Part shown: piece after piece, positions 33,768 through 46,500 of the stretch
Numbering within the stretch: position 1 is the first letter of the stretch
How the letters are laid out: every line of letters starts with the position of its first letter
Source of the DNA: Amoebophrya sp. A120
Taxonomy: Eukaryota; Protista; Dinoflagellata
NCBI GenBank assembly: GCA_905178155.1
Contig: CAJINV010000007.1
Span: 3,267,151-3,331,150 of the forward strand
Length of the DNA: 64,000 nucleotides
Direction of reading: 5' to 3'
Notes under the pieces: model-generated
Databases searched by the model: none
Told to the model about the DNA's origin: nothing
What the model saw: only the letters and a program-made list of their open reading frames with translations
Program-made: the position numbers and the translations under genes

Positions 33768-34427
33768 ATGCCTCACCCGGCGGGTTTGCCCTGTCTTCTT
33801 TGCGGCAAGAGCGCCTCCGCTTGTTGCTGCAAGGTGGCGCACGGGGCGTGCACCTGCTGTGGGCACGTGTGCAAAGACCTCCTGACTTGTTGCCTCATGT
33901 GTTGTACGCCGACCTGCCCATCGGGCGGTGGGAGTGGCAATGGAGGGCACCGGTCCTCGTCCGGCGCAGCACCCGGCGCTGGAACAACGACATCAATTGC
34001 TGGGAATGGTGCAGCACCCCCCAGGTCCGCGCAACAGGAACCTGGAGCGGCTTCGCGTTTCCCCGGAAACAAGGCTGCCACTCCGCTTACTCCGGGAGGT
34101 GTGATTTTCTATCCTCCGAAAACGCAACTGCAAAAAACTGCGCACGAGATTATGGTGGACGAGCAGCTGCGGGAGAAGCACATCGAGGACACAGTGGAGC
34201 GCGGGCTGCAGATGTTTCGTCAGTACCACGAGTCTGAAACGGAATTCCGCGTCACCCCGGGCGAAAACCGCTACTACACCGGCTACTTCCCGCAGGCCGA
34301 CCTCCAGGCACACGTGCAGCAGCACTGTGCGGGAAGTAGTCCCGAGGATGAAGGGCAAGAGGACGAGTGCGTGAAACAAGTGCCGTCACCGACGCGGGAG
34401 CGGAATAAAAGTCCGAAGAAGGATTGA
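33768..34427 (+). CDS. Hypothetical protein with Cys-rich N-terminus, 219 aa
   Basis: N-terminal cluster of Cys doublets and triplets (ACCCK, CTCCG, TCCLMCC), suggestive of palmitoylation or metal binding, followed by a charged helical region. Confidence 0.6.
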   Translation: MPHPAGLPCLLCGKSASACCCKVAHGACTCCGHVCKDLLTCCLMCCTPTCPSGGGSGNGGHRSSSGAAPGAGTTTSIAGNGAAPPRSAQQEPGAASRFPGNKAATPLTPGGVIFYPPKTQLQKTAHEIMVDEQLREKHIEDTVERGLQMFRQYHESETEFRVTPGENRYYTGYFPQADLQAHVQQHCAGSSPEDEGQEDECVKQVPSPTRERNKSPKKD

Positions 34428-35251
34428 GGTTGAGCGGGGAAGAACAAAAGATGCGGGGACGAGTGAGGTGCTTTAATGAAGTTGGAATTATTGCGGGTAA
34501 AAAGTCGCTGACTTTCTAAGTAGAGGAATGTTATGTATGATCACCAGCAAAAGCAATTAGTTGAACGCTATCGGTTTTTGTAAATTACTAACACAAACAA
34601 GTCAAAGTAAGATGTAGCTCCAAGATTACGACTTTATTTCTGAATTTCAAGGACATGCTCCTGATTGATGTCCACTTCCTTTTACTATTACTGTATAATT
34701 TTCGATTTCGAAGACGCGTACCTAGTATCCCGTTGGTATGAAGGAATTGCAAAACACCTGCCTGTTTACAAAAATCAAGTCGCTAGTAGACGGCTAAAGC
34801 TGAATTCAGTAAATTGAATCTGAATGTACATGAAAATCCAAAAGATTGACTTGCCACCTTTCTTCACACGGCTACGAATGTCATGCGTTGTCGACTTGGA
34901 GTTGTGTTGCGGCTTTGCATTTCTTGCTTCGTGGCCTCGTTGTCGTTGTGACGGTGCCTGGTCGTGCCTTCTTTCGATCGCAATTGGTTCGTCTTGAAAC
35001 AAACTCTCTTATCGCTCCGAGTGAATCGCAATTCTGTCGTCGTCGTCATGTTTGCGTTCGTCATCCTCATCGTCTATTCCATTTCCAGAAGATAATTGTT
35101 TCCCTCGCGTTCTTTCGATGCAGTAGGTACGGGATCACGGAACAATAAATTCGCCTACTACAACATAGACCAGGACATACTCATTGTACAACGAACGGGT
35201 AGTCGCAGGCGCGCAGCTAGGTGAAATAAGTAGAAAGATTATCAGGAGGAA

Positions 35252-36370
35252 ATGGCCACCGTCGTCTCCCGGCCCACCCCGTCCTTCGGGCGCGGCGCGC
35301 TCGGGCAGAAACGGCTGCTGAAGGAGTACAAGCAGATGCAGGAGATGGCGAAGAACAAGGAGGATATGAACGGAATCTACGCCGAGCCCAGCCCGGACAA
35401 CTTGTTCGTCTGGTACTTTTTGTTCGAGCCGGAAGAAGAGCCCTATTCCCGCGGCCAGTACCTCGGGAAGGTCGTGCTCCCGGAGGAGTACCCGTTCAAG
35501 CCCCCCGAACTGTACATGCTAACGCCGAACGGGCGGTTCGAGGTGAACACGAAGATCTGCACCACCATGAGTTCCTACCATCCGGAAACCTGGAAGTCGA
35601 TTTGGACGATCCGGACGGTTTTGCTAGGGTTGCTGTCCTACTTCCACGAAACCGGCTCCCTCGGAATCGGCTGCACGCTGACTCCGGAATTTCGGAAGAA
35701 GCAACTGGCCGAGCAGAGTTGGGGCTGGAACAAAAAGCACGTGGTGGCGGGGATGCTCTTTGCAGACCGGCTCTTCGACGAAAACCCGAAGGTGGAAAAA
35801 GCGGAGATCATGTTGAACCCGGTTTTTACTTCGTTTTTCCGGGCCGCGGGGGACTTTGTCATGGCGCCGTTCAAGGGGGCTGCGCTGGGCTGTGAGCAGT
35901 GTCAGAAAAACCCAGACACGAACAAGGAGGAAGAAGAAATCGAGATTTCGCCTGTGAAACCGAAAAGAGATGTTGATGACCCGGTAGTGAAATTCGAATC
36001 TGGCGGCGGGAAAAAGACGGAACAAGAGGAACATCAAGGGGGTGGAGAAACGGGATCAACAGCGGGTCAAATGGGTGGCGGTCTGGGGCTTGTCGGAAAG
36101 CAGGACGGTGATGGCGAGGTCGAGGAACAGCTGCAGGCAGGGGAGTTGTTTAGACAGGTTCTCCCGGCGAAAAAATTGTTTGAGACGTCCTCGACTCACG
36201 ACGAGCACGGCAACGAGCAGGTCAGCAGCAATGGCGGCGGTCGTGGTGCTTCTGCTTCCTCCGGTAAAGAGGTACCGCAGGAAAAGGGAGGAGAAGACGA
36301 GGGTGGTGATCTTCGTCGTGTTACGCACGTGCCGTCTCCGACCCGGAACCGCTCCTGGTGGGCGTTGTAG
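35252..36370 (+). CDS. UBE2J: Ubiquitin-conjugating enzyme E2, UBE2J/Ubc6 family
   Basis: KRLLKEY...W...PY..GQY.G....P.EYPFKPP...MLTPNGRFEVNTKIC.TMSSYHPETW. TPNGRF and the YHP insert are Ubc6/UBE2J hallmarks; the catalytic Cys is present. Confidence 0.88.
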   Translation: MATVVSRPTPSFGRGALGQKRLLKEYKQMQEMAKNKEDMNGIYAEPSPDNLFVWYFLFEPEEEPYSRGQYLGKVVLPEEYPFKPPELYMLTPNGRFEVNTKICTTMSSYHPETWKSIWTIRTVLLGLLSYFHETGSLGIGCTLTPEFRKKQLAEQSWGWNKKHVVAGMLFADRLFDENPKVEKAEIMLNPVFTSFFRAAGDFVMAPFKGAALGCEQCQKNPDTNKEEEEIEISPVKPKRDVDDPVVKFESGGGKKTEQEEHQGGGETGSTAGQMGGGLGLVGKQDGDGEVEEQLQAGELFRQVLPAKKLFETSSTHDEHGNEQVSSNGGGRGASASSGKEVPQEKGGEDEGGDLRRVTHVPSPTRNRSWWAL

Positions 36371-37385
36371 TGCCTGAAATGTCATGAAGACTTTGCGGGA
36401 AGGAGTTTGGAGGGATCATTTGGATGTGAGGTACTGGTGTTGAAGATGTCAGCTTACTACTACGTGTATTTTTGAAGAAAATATAGTAACAATCTCAGAG
36501 TGCAATAAAAACTTTGTTTGTAAACGTAAGAGCAATTATTTATGCACAAGTGCCGTTCGTACTAGAACTAGTGTAGTTGTAGAATTCAGTTTGCAGAACC
36601 AGAAGCAGATATAGGTAGTCCTGATTTGAAATTTCTGGATGAAGACGAGTTTGTAGGCGTTCTAAAGTAAGATAAACCTAAGAAGACCTGTTGTTGCTCT
36701 GACCATTGTGCAAAGTGAAAGACTGGAAACAGGACCCAGGAATGTGTACGCCACTACCCCTGTGACCTGTTAGGAGTCGAGGCGACGGCACCAGCCCGGG
36801 ATTCTCTGCCGGGCGATCTTCATCTTAGATCTTGTCAGTGTCGTGCACTTTAAAAATGAATGATTGTCTTCGCCAAAAGTTTTGCGTTCGTTCACCCGTT
36901 TAGCAGAACTCGTTCACCTTTCGTAAAATGGTAAGACTTTCGCTTCAATCTCGTTTTCGTATTCGTCCAACGAAAGCCGTGCGCTTTTCAGCGAAAGATC
37001 GGTCGTAGAAGTTTATCTTGTGCAGGAGAAGTGTCAAATATTGTTGTTATCGTTGTATGATGGGTCTCCTTCCCTCTCCGTGCGTCTTCTGACCTGTGCA
37101 GTCCGCTGGATTTCAAAAATGAGACCACTCATAATTGTAGCGACCATAAGATATGAGTATTACACGTGTGGAGTTCCACCTCCAATCGGATAAGTATGTT
37201 TCACGTACAGCCTGCAGTCACTTTTTACGTTTGACACAGTCCTCGGAATCCAGCTCCCGTTTTTGATTTTCTCGCTATCGATTCACTACCAGCCCCACTT
37301 TCGTAGTACTTTTTGCACTTTATTTCCTCTTATTTCCCGACTCATCGAACATCATTTCAGAAGAACTCCCGGTCTCACAACAAGG

Positions 37386-38991
37386 ATGGAAGGACGAACC
37401 TTGGGCAATCCAAGTTTTCGCTTTCCGGGGCGGCCGAGGTACATTTCCAAGGGCGATTCCCGCGCCGACATGACAACTCGGAACAGCTTCTCTGCTCCAC
37501 CGCCGTTGCTGCTGAAGGGCTCGACTCTTTGCCAGCTCTGCTGCTGGTTCTGCAGCTCGAGCAAGAATCCGGGCTTTTCCTTTGCGGCGCACGTCGTGCA
37601 GCAAGGGACGGACCAGCACGGAGGTGGTTTTCCAGCAGAGCCCGTTCCCATCCAAGAATCCTACTTCGTGCCACTCGGAAAGGAGCGCGAGGCTTCTATG
37701 GGTGCGACGACCGAGGAGGGCGATGAAGCCAGCGCAGGCTGCGGTGACGCTTGCGGGACGGAGCAGGATCTAAAGGAGGAGACAGGGCCTGAAGGAGGCG
37801 AATTTTCTGGGGCCCCCCTCTTGGGTGGAGGTGGAGAGAGTGGAGCAGGAACGCTGTCGATACCGGAGTCGATCGATGTTTATCGAGGGACCGGCGATTA
37901 TTACTTTAACACTGAAGATGTAGATCTTCCTTACGGAGAATGTAAGCTACATCCCGGGCGCAAGGCGAACGTCTGTGTTCCACCGAGGGGATACGTTCCA
38001 CTGTACACCAGTGAAAGAAGTGGATTACATCCATCGCTGCAAGGGCGACCTACTTCAGATAGGTTCGTTGACAGAAAAGCACGTGGCAACGCTCAAGTTC
38101 AGGAAGGCACCCAGTGAAGATTCAGACGGATCTAGTCAGCACGGATGGGACGAAGACAACCAGGTCATACTTCTCGCGAAGCCCGGCGGCTATGAAACAG
38201 AGAGAGCCGACTTCTCGTATTGGAAAACAGACCTGGGTTGGAGCGCAGGCGACACGACAAATGCCTTCTTCCAAATGGCCTGCAATCAGATAAATACCAA
38301 GACTGGCAAACTCACTGACCCCGACAAGGACTACTCTGTGTCGGAGTGGCGCCCGCCTGACAACATGTTATCTCAAAAATTGGGATTTGGCCCCGACGGA
38401 CTCGAAGAATTTTGGAAAGGCAATGCCGGGGACCTCTTGCGCCTCGTTTGGGAGTCGACTGAGGCCCAAGAGGCAGGAGCAGTTCGGATCAGTTCCTACA
38501 ACTGCGGCAACCGGACTCCGCAACCCGTGGCCGATGAGAACGGCTCCACCGCCGTTTCTTACTGCAAGGAGGGCCAGCTGCAACGCCAGGACAGGTGCGA
38601 CTGCCCAGGCGCCGCGGCTCGCTGCAGCAAGGACGCCCCGGACGGGCAACTATTTTGTTTCAAACGGGACGACAACTGGGCAGGCTGCCTTAACTACTGG
38701 GACTGCTTGGAGTTCGATTATACCTCGTACACGTACACCGGGCGCAAAATTACGTATCCCTTGAACGACGGAGTCTACTGGGATTGCAGTAAGCTGTCTG
38801 GGGCCAGCTCCTCCTTCCTGCAGCGCGACGATGCCGGGCTACCTGCCCCCGGACCGACGCCGGACCAAAACGACGGTCGTGAGCAAAAAACCGACGCTCG
38901 CGATGAAAATGATGGCGCCAGCACCAGTACATCTACGCAGCAGGAGGAGCTGGTGGACACGAAGAATCACAAAGCTGTGCTGCTTGTGTGA
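37386..38991 (+). CDS. Putative secreted Cys/Trp-rich protein with apparent +1 frameshift near 38014-38016
   Basis: Overlapping ORFs 37263-38117 and 37975-38991 with no intron-sized gap. C-terminal Cys-rich module CFKRDDNWAGCL. Confidence 0.55.
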
Positions 38992-40542
38992 AGAGCTGAA
39001 TACCTTCACACCACAGGGAGTTGTCGCTCCCTGTGGGGTAGACTTTCATGTGCTTCTAGGCCGATCCCGAGCCTTTGTGCAAAACAGTTTTTATGAGCCT
39101 TCAAGACCAAGAGCGAGACCCGAACTGTTTATAGTTTTGAAAGCAGATTTATCCTTGAGCAAAAAAATGCCTGCGCATTATTAAATCGCAAAAGAAAACC
39201 GCATGACAGTACGCATCTGCAGCACGTCTTCGAATAATTATTCGATGTCAAAACCACTACAAATCCTTCCTTATTAAAGTATGAATGAGAATGTCAATGT
39301 TTCGATTTCAAAGCATTCATCCGATCCACGAACAAGACCAATATACAGTACGAAATCCGATCGAATCTATTAAAAGCACTGTAAATCCAATACACAAAAA
39401 TCTCGAGTACAACTACAAGTACGAATAAAACCACAATCCGCATGTTATTTCGTCGAGTGGAAGTTTCACATTTTCTTTTTCGTTACGCGCCGCCCACCCG
39501 ACACCGACAGACTGCGACTGCGCTACAGAAAAGAAGCAAGAGCAATATCTTCAATCCCCCTCGAAAATCAATCCGACCCCCCGCCTAGTATGCTTGACTT
39601 TGACAACTACTTGAAAAACAAAAAGCCAAAGCACTACCCGACTGCGCGAAAAAAGTGGCAGCCCCACACCGAGAAAAACGCGAGACAACACTGGGAAAGT
39701 TAAGGACGCGAAACCGCAGCCACAGAAGAAAAGGACGAAGATTGTGTTCTACCTTTTACACTGAGCTACTAGCGCGATCAGCCTGCATGTTGCTCTGTTG
39801 ACCAGTACGATTGCGCTTGGTACAAGTTGAGACAACAGGAAAGACTGGAAACGGGGCAGAAGAATTATATGTACGTGACAACATCTGACCTGTCATGACT
39901 CGAGGCCACGGTACCAGGACCAGCTCGGGATCCTTGGTCGGACATATGATTGCGTCCTTCCTTGTATTCTGCGGTTTCTCTTACTCTTTCTCCGTCCACG
40001 TGATAGCCAGCGTCTTTTTGGTGCACTATTCTCTGCAATCGTTGCCATTCAAATCGTATTGTCGTGCCACTCAGCCTCAGGAGCGTATGTTTGTAGAAAA
40101 GATCAAAATTCCATCGTTCCATTGTCGTTCAGGAGGACTTTGCATCCGGAAGCTTCCTTCGTGCATCTTTTGTCACGCTTCGTTCTTTCTTCGTGCATCG
40201 TTTGTCACGCTACGTTCTCTTACTCACAGTGCTCGCTGCGTATTGTGCGATCGCCAGTGAGTTTTAGTTCTCAAGAACACGGTAAAAGTAAGTATGTGAT
40301 TCCCCAAATCCATCACAGCCAGGAGCTTGGAAACACGGAAAAACTTCCCTGCAATGCTACATTATCACCATGTTTTATGTTTATGAATGTATTAAGCTTA
40401 ACGAGTCGTGCAGCGGCATGCATATGCATGAGTACCGTACTAGTACTCTTTCGTACCCACGTTTTAGTTGTTCACCAGCACAAGCACCGATAAAATCTGA
40501 AGCTGTGGTCCCCTAATCAAGTCTGAAGATTTTTGTGACAGG

Positions 40543-43500
40543 ATGTTAGCCTCCTCCCGGCGAAAGGGCCGAGCGGACAGGGCCAATGACCGCAGGCAGG
40601 CTCAGCGAACACGGGCCACCACGGACAGGAATTCTTTTCAAAATAACGCAGCATGGCAAACGCAAACGCAATCGACTCCAGATCTTCAAGAACAGCAGCC
40701 GTATTTGTCAAATCTAGCGTTGAGCTTGCTGTACCCAAATTTGCTACTTCCGGCGCAAGGTCAGCCGGAAGTTGTGTCAGCAGTACAAGAGGAACAAGGT
40801 CGGCGCAGCGGGCCGAGCAGGAACCACCACCCAGCAACGGATCTTCCACAGACGAGCCTAACTAAAGCCCCTGTCATGATGCAGAAGCTACCTGAGCAGG
40901 GGGAAAGTCAAAGTGGAAGCAGTTCGGACCAAAACGATGGTAACGCGACTTCCAGTACGGCCTATGACACAGCGCAGGAGGACGTTGACGCGGATCCAGG
41001 AGGTTATATTGTTAGAGGGCCGACCAGCACGACAAGAAACAGAAGCAACAAAATCAAAAGCGAGAAGATGAATAAGTATAAGATGAGTGCCAACGACGAG
41101 ACCTCCTCAGATAGAAGAGCTGCGTCAGTTCTGTCGCCGGTGCGAAGCAGGGACCAAGGACGCGGAAGAACTTCTTCCAACGGGGTTCAAGTAGACCGCA
41201 TGAGTTCTACTTTCTCGACCTCTTCGATCCTCCTGGAGCAGGCTTTTGTTTACAATTCCGACGATGTCGTCCGTGCTTTCATGGAATTGCCAGCAACGGA
41301 GCGGGACCAGCTTCTACAGCATCCGGAGCACGGGTTGAGAATCAGGCAGCACATGGACGTCGCAGGAACACCAGCGGGAAAAAACAAGAAGCGCGGTGGA
41401 TTTTTACCATCGGAGGAAGATAAGATCCTTATCAGCAACGACGAGGATTACGCTGGGTATGGGAGCCTCGGCTTGCGAGTTTTCAGCCCGCGCGGCAGGA
41501 GCGATTCGCCCATGGCGAAAACAGGGAACAGGGCAACGGAGGAGATGCTCGTGCAAGCCACTGCGGGAATGTTGCGAGAACAAGGAACAAAATCGGACGG
41601 TGCTGGCAGAACAAAATCTAGATCACCAGTCCCGCGAGTTGCACACAGGAAAGAAGTTGGCGCAAGATCTTCCAATCAAGGGAACGCTTCGCCTGCGCCT
41701 GGGGTCGTGGGTACATCACAACGCGACCAGAAGGATCAGCCTGCAGCTCTTCCGGAAAACGAAAAAGCGCACACTGGAGATCGAGAACAACAAGGGCCGT
41801 CGCAAAACGTCCCCGGGACGGCGCACCGAACCAGCGGGAACTTAACCATTGAGAGGAAAACTTCGCTGCAGAGCCAGCAAGGAGCAACATCGCAAGAGCA
41901 GCTACCCTATGGTTTTTTACCCGCTCCGGCAGCTGCAAAAGCAAATTCCATATCCAGTCGTTCCGAGGGAAGGGGAGCAGCAGCAGGTGCCTCGCATCTT
42001 CAAAAGGAACGACGGAACAACCTTGGCAATGCTGATGGACAAAACAATGCCAATGATAGTCTTGTTGCGCAGACGTCCCCGTCCAAGAACGAGAAACCTT
42101 CAACACCAGCTACTTTCGCGGGGAATGAAAATCCAGTATCCCCCGATGAGGCCGACTCGAAAAGTGTCAAGGAGGGTAGAAGTGCTGGCACAATGACCAC
42201 TGAAAGCATCGTCCCTCTTCCCGGCGACACTAGCGACAAAAGTGTGTACGTTGTCATGAAAGAGGACGACCTGGTTCGGGCTTTGACCAGAGTCTCATCT
42301 CCTTCATCCACACCCGCAGCAGTTAACGATGGCATTTTTACGTCGTCCACTATCATGATTCCTGGTAAGAATCGTTATAACGCACTTATTAGCAGAACGA
42401 CAAGAAAAGCTTCGACTCCTGCAACAAAAGGTCGCGCGCAGACCACCACGAATCTCGGAGGTAGTAGGAAAATGCACAGTGGGCCTGGAGCGCAGCCAGG
42501 AAGACAAGAACTTTTACGGAATGCGAAAGCGAGTCTTGACGAAGACGAGGAAGAGAAAAACGCCATTCCCTCCTACCAGGAGGTCGAACAGCAATACTTG
42601 CAGCGAAAAATGCAGCCTGCGCCAGTGGTGGAACCGGAATTTGACACGAGGGTAGGTGGAGGTTCGGTACTGAATCTTCAAACCAAACCTCCCGCTCAGC
42701 CGTTGTTTCAAGCTCCCCACGTGCCGCACGCGCACGTCCGATCTGCAGCGACGTCGCCAACTCCGTCGCCGCGGGCCATGATGCCATCGGTGATGCAAAA
42801 GTTCGACCCGAGCCAGCGCCAAGGTAAGACTGGTGCGATAGAGCGGACCCTGAAGGCCAGTACTGCAACCAAAAGTCGAGCGGGAGATGTTGCAAAGAAG
42901 GGATCGACTGCAGAAGAGTTGTCGAAAGAAGCACAACGTCCCGGGTCTGTGAGCGAGTCTGCTCCTACGAGAGGTGAAGTTTTGACCAGCACTGGCAGCA
43001 CTGCCACGAAAACGGAAAAACCTGCACTAGCGTCGTTGATGACTCGCACGACGATCGCGCCGCGACCGCAGACACAGTTCGTCCAGGCTGCTCCGACGAT
43101 GACCTCTGAAATGAATGTTGGCAGCAAGGCCACCTCGTCTCTGGTGAAGTCACAGGAAACTGCTGTAGTGACCCCCAGTAGAATTTCGCAACAAGCACGA
43201 TCAGCATCGACAAGAAGTGCTCCTCCAACAAAGCGAGACAGAACAAGTAAGGAATGGCGAGATGAAAGAAGTGCTTCAAGAGCCCTGCAAGGTCATGAAG
43301 CACCAGATGTTCCTCTTCTACCGGAGAACTACCCACAGCATCTAGGTTTCGGCCTTCGGTTCACCAGGAAACAGGACCTAAACACTGGAGGTACTACCTC
43401 CAGCACGATAATTGGCCGTGCCGCTGGCGAGGAGCAGTCCACAGCAGTACTGTCGAAGTCAACTGGAGTGGCTTTTTCCTCCTCGCTCCTGCAAGGGAAA

Positions 43501-46500
43501 AGCTTCAGGACAGTTGTTCCGGACGACTACCGGAATATCAATGACAGTATCCGAGAATGGAACCTGAGTAAGAACGTGGCGCAGATGCAGAAAAACCTGC
43601 CGCGGTCCTTCACGGCGTCGAAAACGACCACGTCGGACGGCGGCGGTGCGAACTACAGCCAAGTGGACGAAGACCTCGTCCAAGTTTTGTCGGAGTACGT
43701 TCAGGAGATTAAAAACGCATACGCAGCAGGCGAAACAACTAGTATTAAAGCGGGCTCGACACCAGCAGGTGCTGGTGACAGCTCCTCTGGAGTGCCAGTA
43801 GTAGACCTGCAGCCAGGAGACACAGAAGTAGATTTGGACGAATTGGTTCTCGCAAATAGTACGACCGCTGGAGCAGCGGGTTCGAAAGAAAGCACTTTTT
43901 CTTCGAGGATGTTTTACTTTCCGAAGAAGCGGACCTTCTCCAATTTGACCGAAAAGCGCACACAGGACCTGTACCGCGAGAAGCGAGAACTGGAGGAAAA
44001 ACTCCTGAAAACCGTGATGCGACGGGTGATGATGGAAAGAACACGCGCGAAGGTTAAGCAAAAGAAGGTGGAGGCGGAGGACCACCTACAGAGCGATTCT
44101 CGAACAATAGCGACCAGGAATTTGTTGTCCTCGCGCGAGTTGTTTTCAAGAAGAGCGACATCTTCGTCAAGGAGGCCTGGCGTTGTGGAGCGGTTGGAGC
44201 GGCAGAAAAAAATGAGCAACGAGAATTCCAGGAGCGTGGTTGAAGACGTAAGTAGAAGACCAAAACAGCGGGAACGCACCACTTATCGTGCAGCAAGAGA
44301 CGGGGATGAGCAAAGGGCCTCCATGAACACGAGGAGAAAAAGCAGAAGTAGCTCACCCGAGGAGCAGACTTCAAGTCATGATGATCTTGCGAAGGATTAC
44401 TACCACTCGCCTTCGCGTGCGTCAAGGGACGAGAGGCTCACGGCGGACATGACGGTTGTTTCGCCGAAAATCTCCCGGGTCTTGAAGACACCGCATCGGT
44501 GGAACTCCAGATTTGGGGTGCAAAACCATAGAGTTTCTACGGGCAAGCTCTCCACGTCTGTGTGTCCATCCTCGCAGAAGTCCTCGCACAAAGGAGAGTA
44601 TAATTCTTCGGGCCGTGTGCAAAACTACGACGGTTCTCTGCGCGATCATTTGATTGACCAGTACGCAAAAATGCGGACGTCATCAAAAACAAGACAGAAT
44701 AGCAGTGCAACGGATCTAGGAGCTTTCGCACAGCTTTCGAAGGCCGAAAACACGAGGCCGTGGTCGTGGCAGAGGGTTCCTAGACTGTCAGCCGCCGCAA
44801 GAAATAAGGACTCTGCGGATCATGCTGTTGATAGAGAGTCGGCCTCTGCTGCCGAACAGAGAAGTTCAACTCCTCTTGCTCTTTCTGACCACGATGGTTT
44901 CGGTCAGGTGCTGAAGCTGCAACACGAGGAAGAACTACGCATGGGTCGAAGCGCCGGAACATCAACCCTGGTTGAGGCAAACACAAGAACCACGAGAAAC
45001 ATGCACAGCACCAGCCGTGAAAGTATCCTGGCAGCGGAACGGCACAGCAGTACTAGAAGAGATAGTGAACAAACAGTGAATAACAATAACTCTATGTCCA
45101 AGGCGGACTTAACACAAGAACCGCTAGTCGACCGTGCGAAGTTGACCACACAATATAGTACCTCGCCACCCTTCAGCACGAAACCGAGGCAGAGCGAAAC
45201 CGTCGTTCCGGCTAAGCTGTCTCTGCACCTGCCGCAGGACAGGGACGTCGTGGAGATCAGATATTTGGACGGGAACTATCCGCCTTCGGACGATCTGTAT
45301 TCGGAGCCGTCGGACATGCTGTTTCCCTCGGGGCGGGAGCAAGAGGACACAAGAACTCAACATGTCCTCGAGCCTGGAACCTTTCGCAAAGAAGCAGTTT
45401 ATGCAGGCGAACGAAAGAGAAGCGCCCAGGAATCGCGGGGGAAAACACACGACCTAGAGCAGGTTGAGCACGACGAGAACAAAAAGAAGTCCCCGACCCG
45501 GCATCCCTCACGACTGAATTCGCGTCAAAACACGTTTTCCGCACCACACAAGCGCAGTCGCTTTCTGTCCAAGAAGTTCGACACGCATAACGAGTTAGCT
45601 TCGCAGGCAAGCCTCGCGCTAGCAAAACACTCAACTACCGAAGTAAATAAGAGCACCTTTTTCAGACCACCACTAGTCCAGCTGCAGCCGCTACCCTCCA
45701 CGATCCAAATTCCGGTTTTGGAGGACGATGAGAGCGCTTTGGAGGACCAGCACAACCAGCTTGACGATCTCGACCGAGACCCCCGGCGCACGAGCCAGAT
45801 TCTCGCGGACATGCATCGCAAAATCGAGCACTTGGGTTCGCTGGTGAACTTTGAGGAAAAGACCATCAAGCGCCTGAACACATTCCACCACAGCAGCGCC
45901 GGGTCGGTCGGGTCGCTGTCCATGATCTGGGAGCAATTAGATTTCGCGGAGGATGACGAGGAGGGTGATCAAGGGGAAAATGGAAGAAACGGCGGAACTA
46001 CCAAAATGCCTGCTTCGCGGGCAAGAAATTATCGACGTTTAGTACAACTACGTCACAGCCGCAGCACCGCAGATTCAGAATTGGAGGCGGCAGGAGAGGA
46101 TCATCAGGACGACCACGAAATTGTAGAGGGGGCGCACCACGACTACACTGGTTCTGAAGAACACCAGCATCACCGCTCTATTCCGACGGAGCAACATGGG
46201 CACGAGCGACCTGACCACACGCACACCACACTCTCCCACAGTCGCGCTTCCAGTCTTGAGCACACAACAAGCCAACAGCCGACGGTCAGTCACGTTCCGA
46301 GTAAAAATGGAGATGTTTTTGACTACACATCTGAGGCAGAGAAACGACTTGCTTTGGTGGGCGGGTCAAACAGAAATCAAAACCATACCACGGCTTTATC
46401 GAGCAAGGGGAATGATTTTCCGAGCAGCAAAGATCAGTCAAGCTCGAAGTCGAGCGCTGGCACTCAACACGAACGAGGTCATACAACCGCGGTCATATCG

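Noticed and set aside
39480-39740. A/C-skewed intergenic patch, possibly a foreign fragment
   Set aside because: No boundaries, ORF or repeat partner visible in the window.
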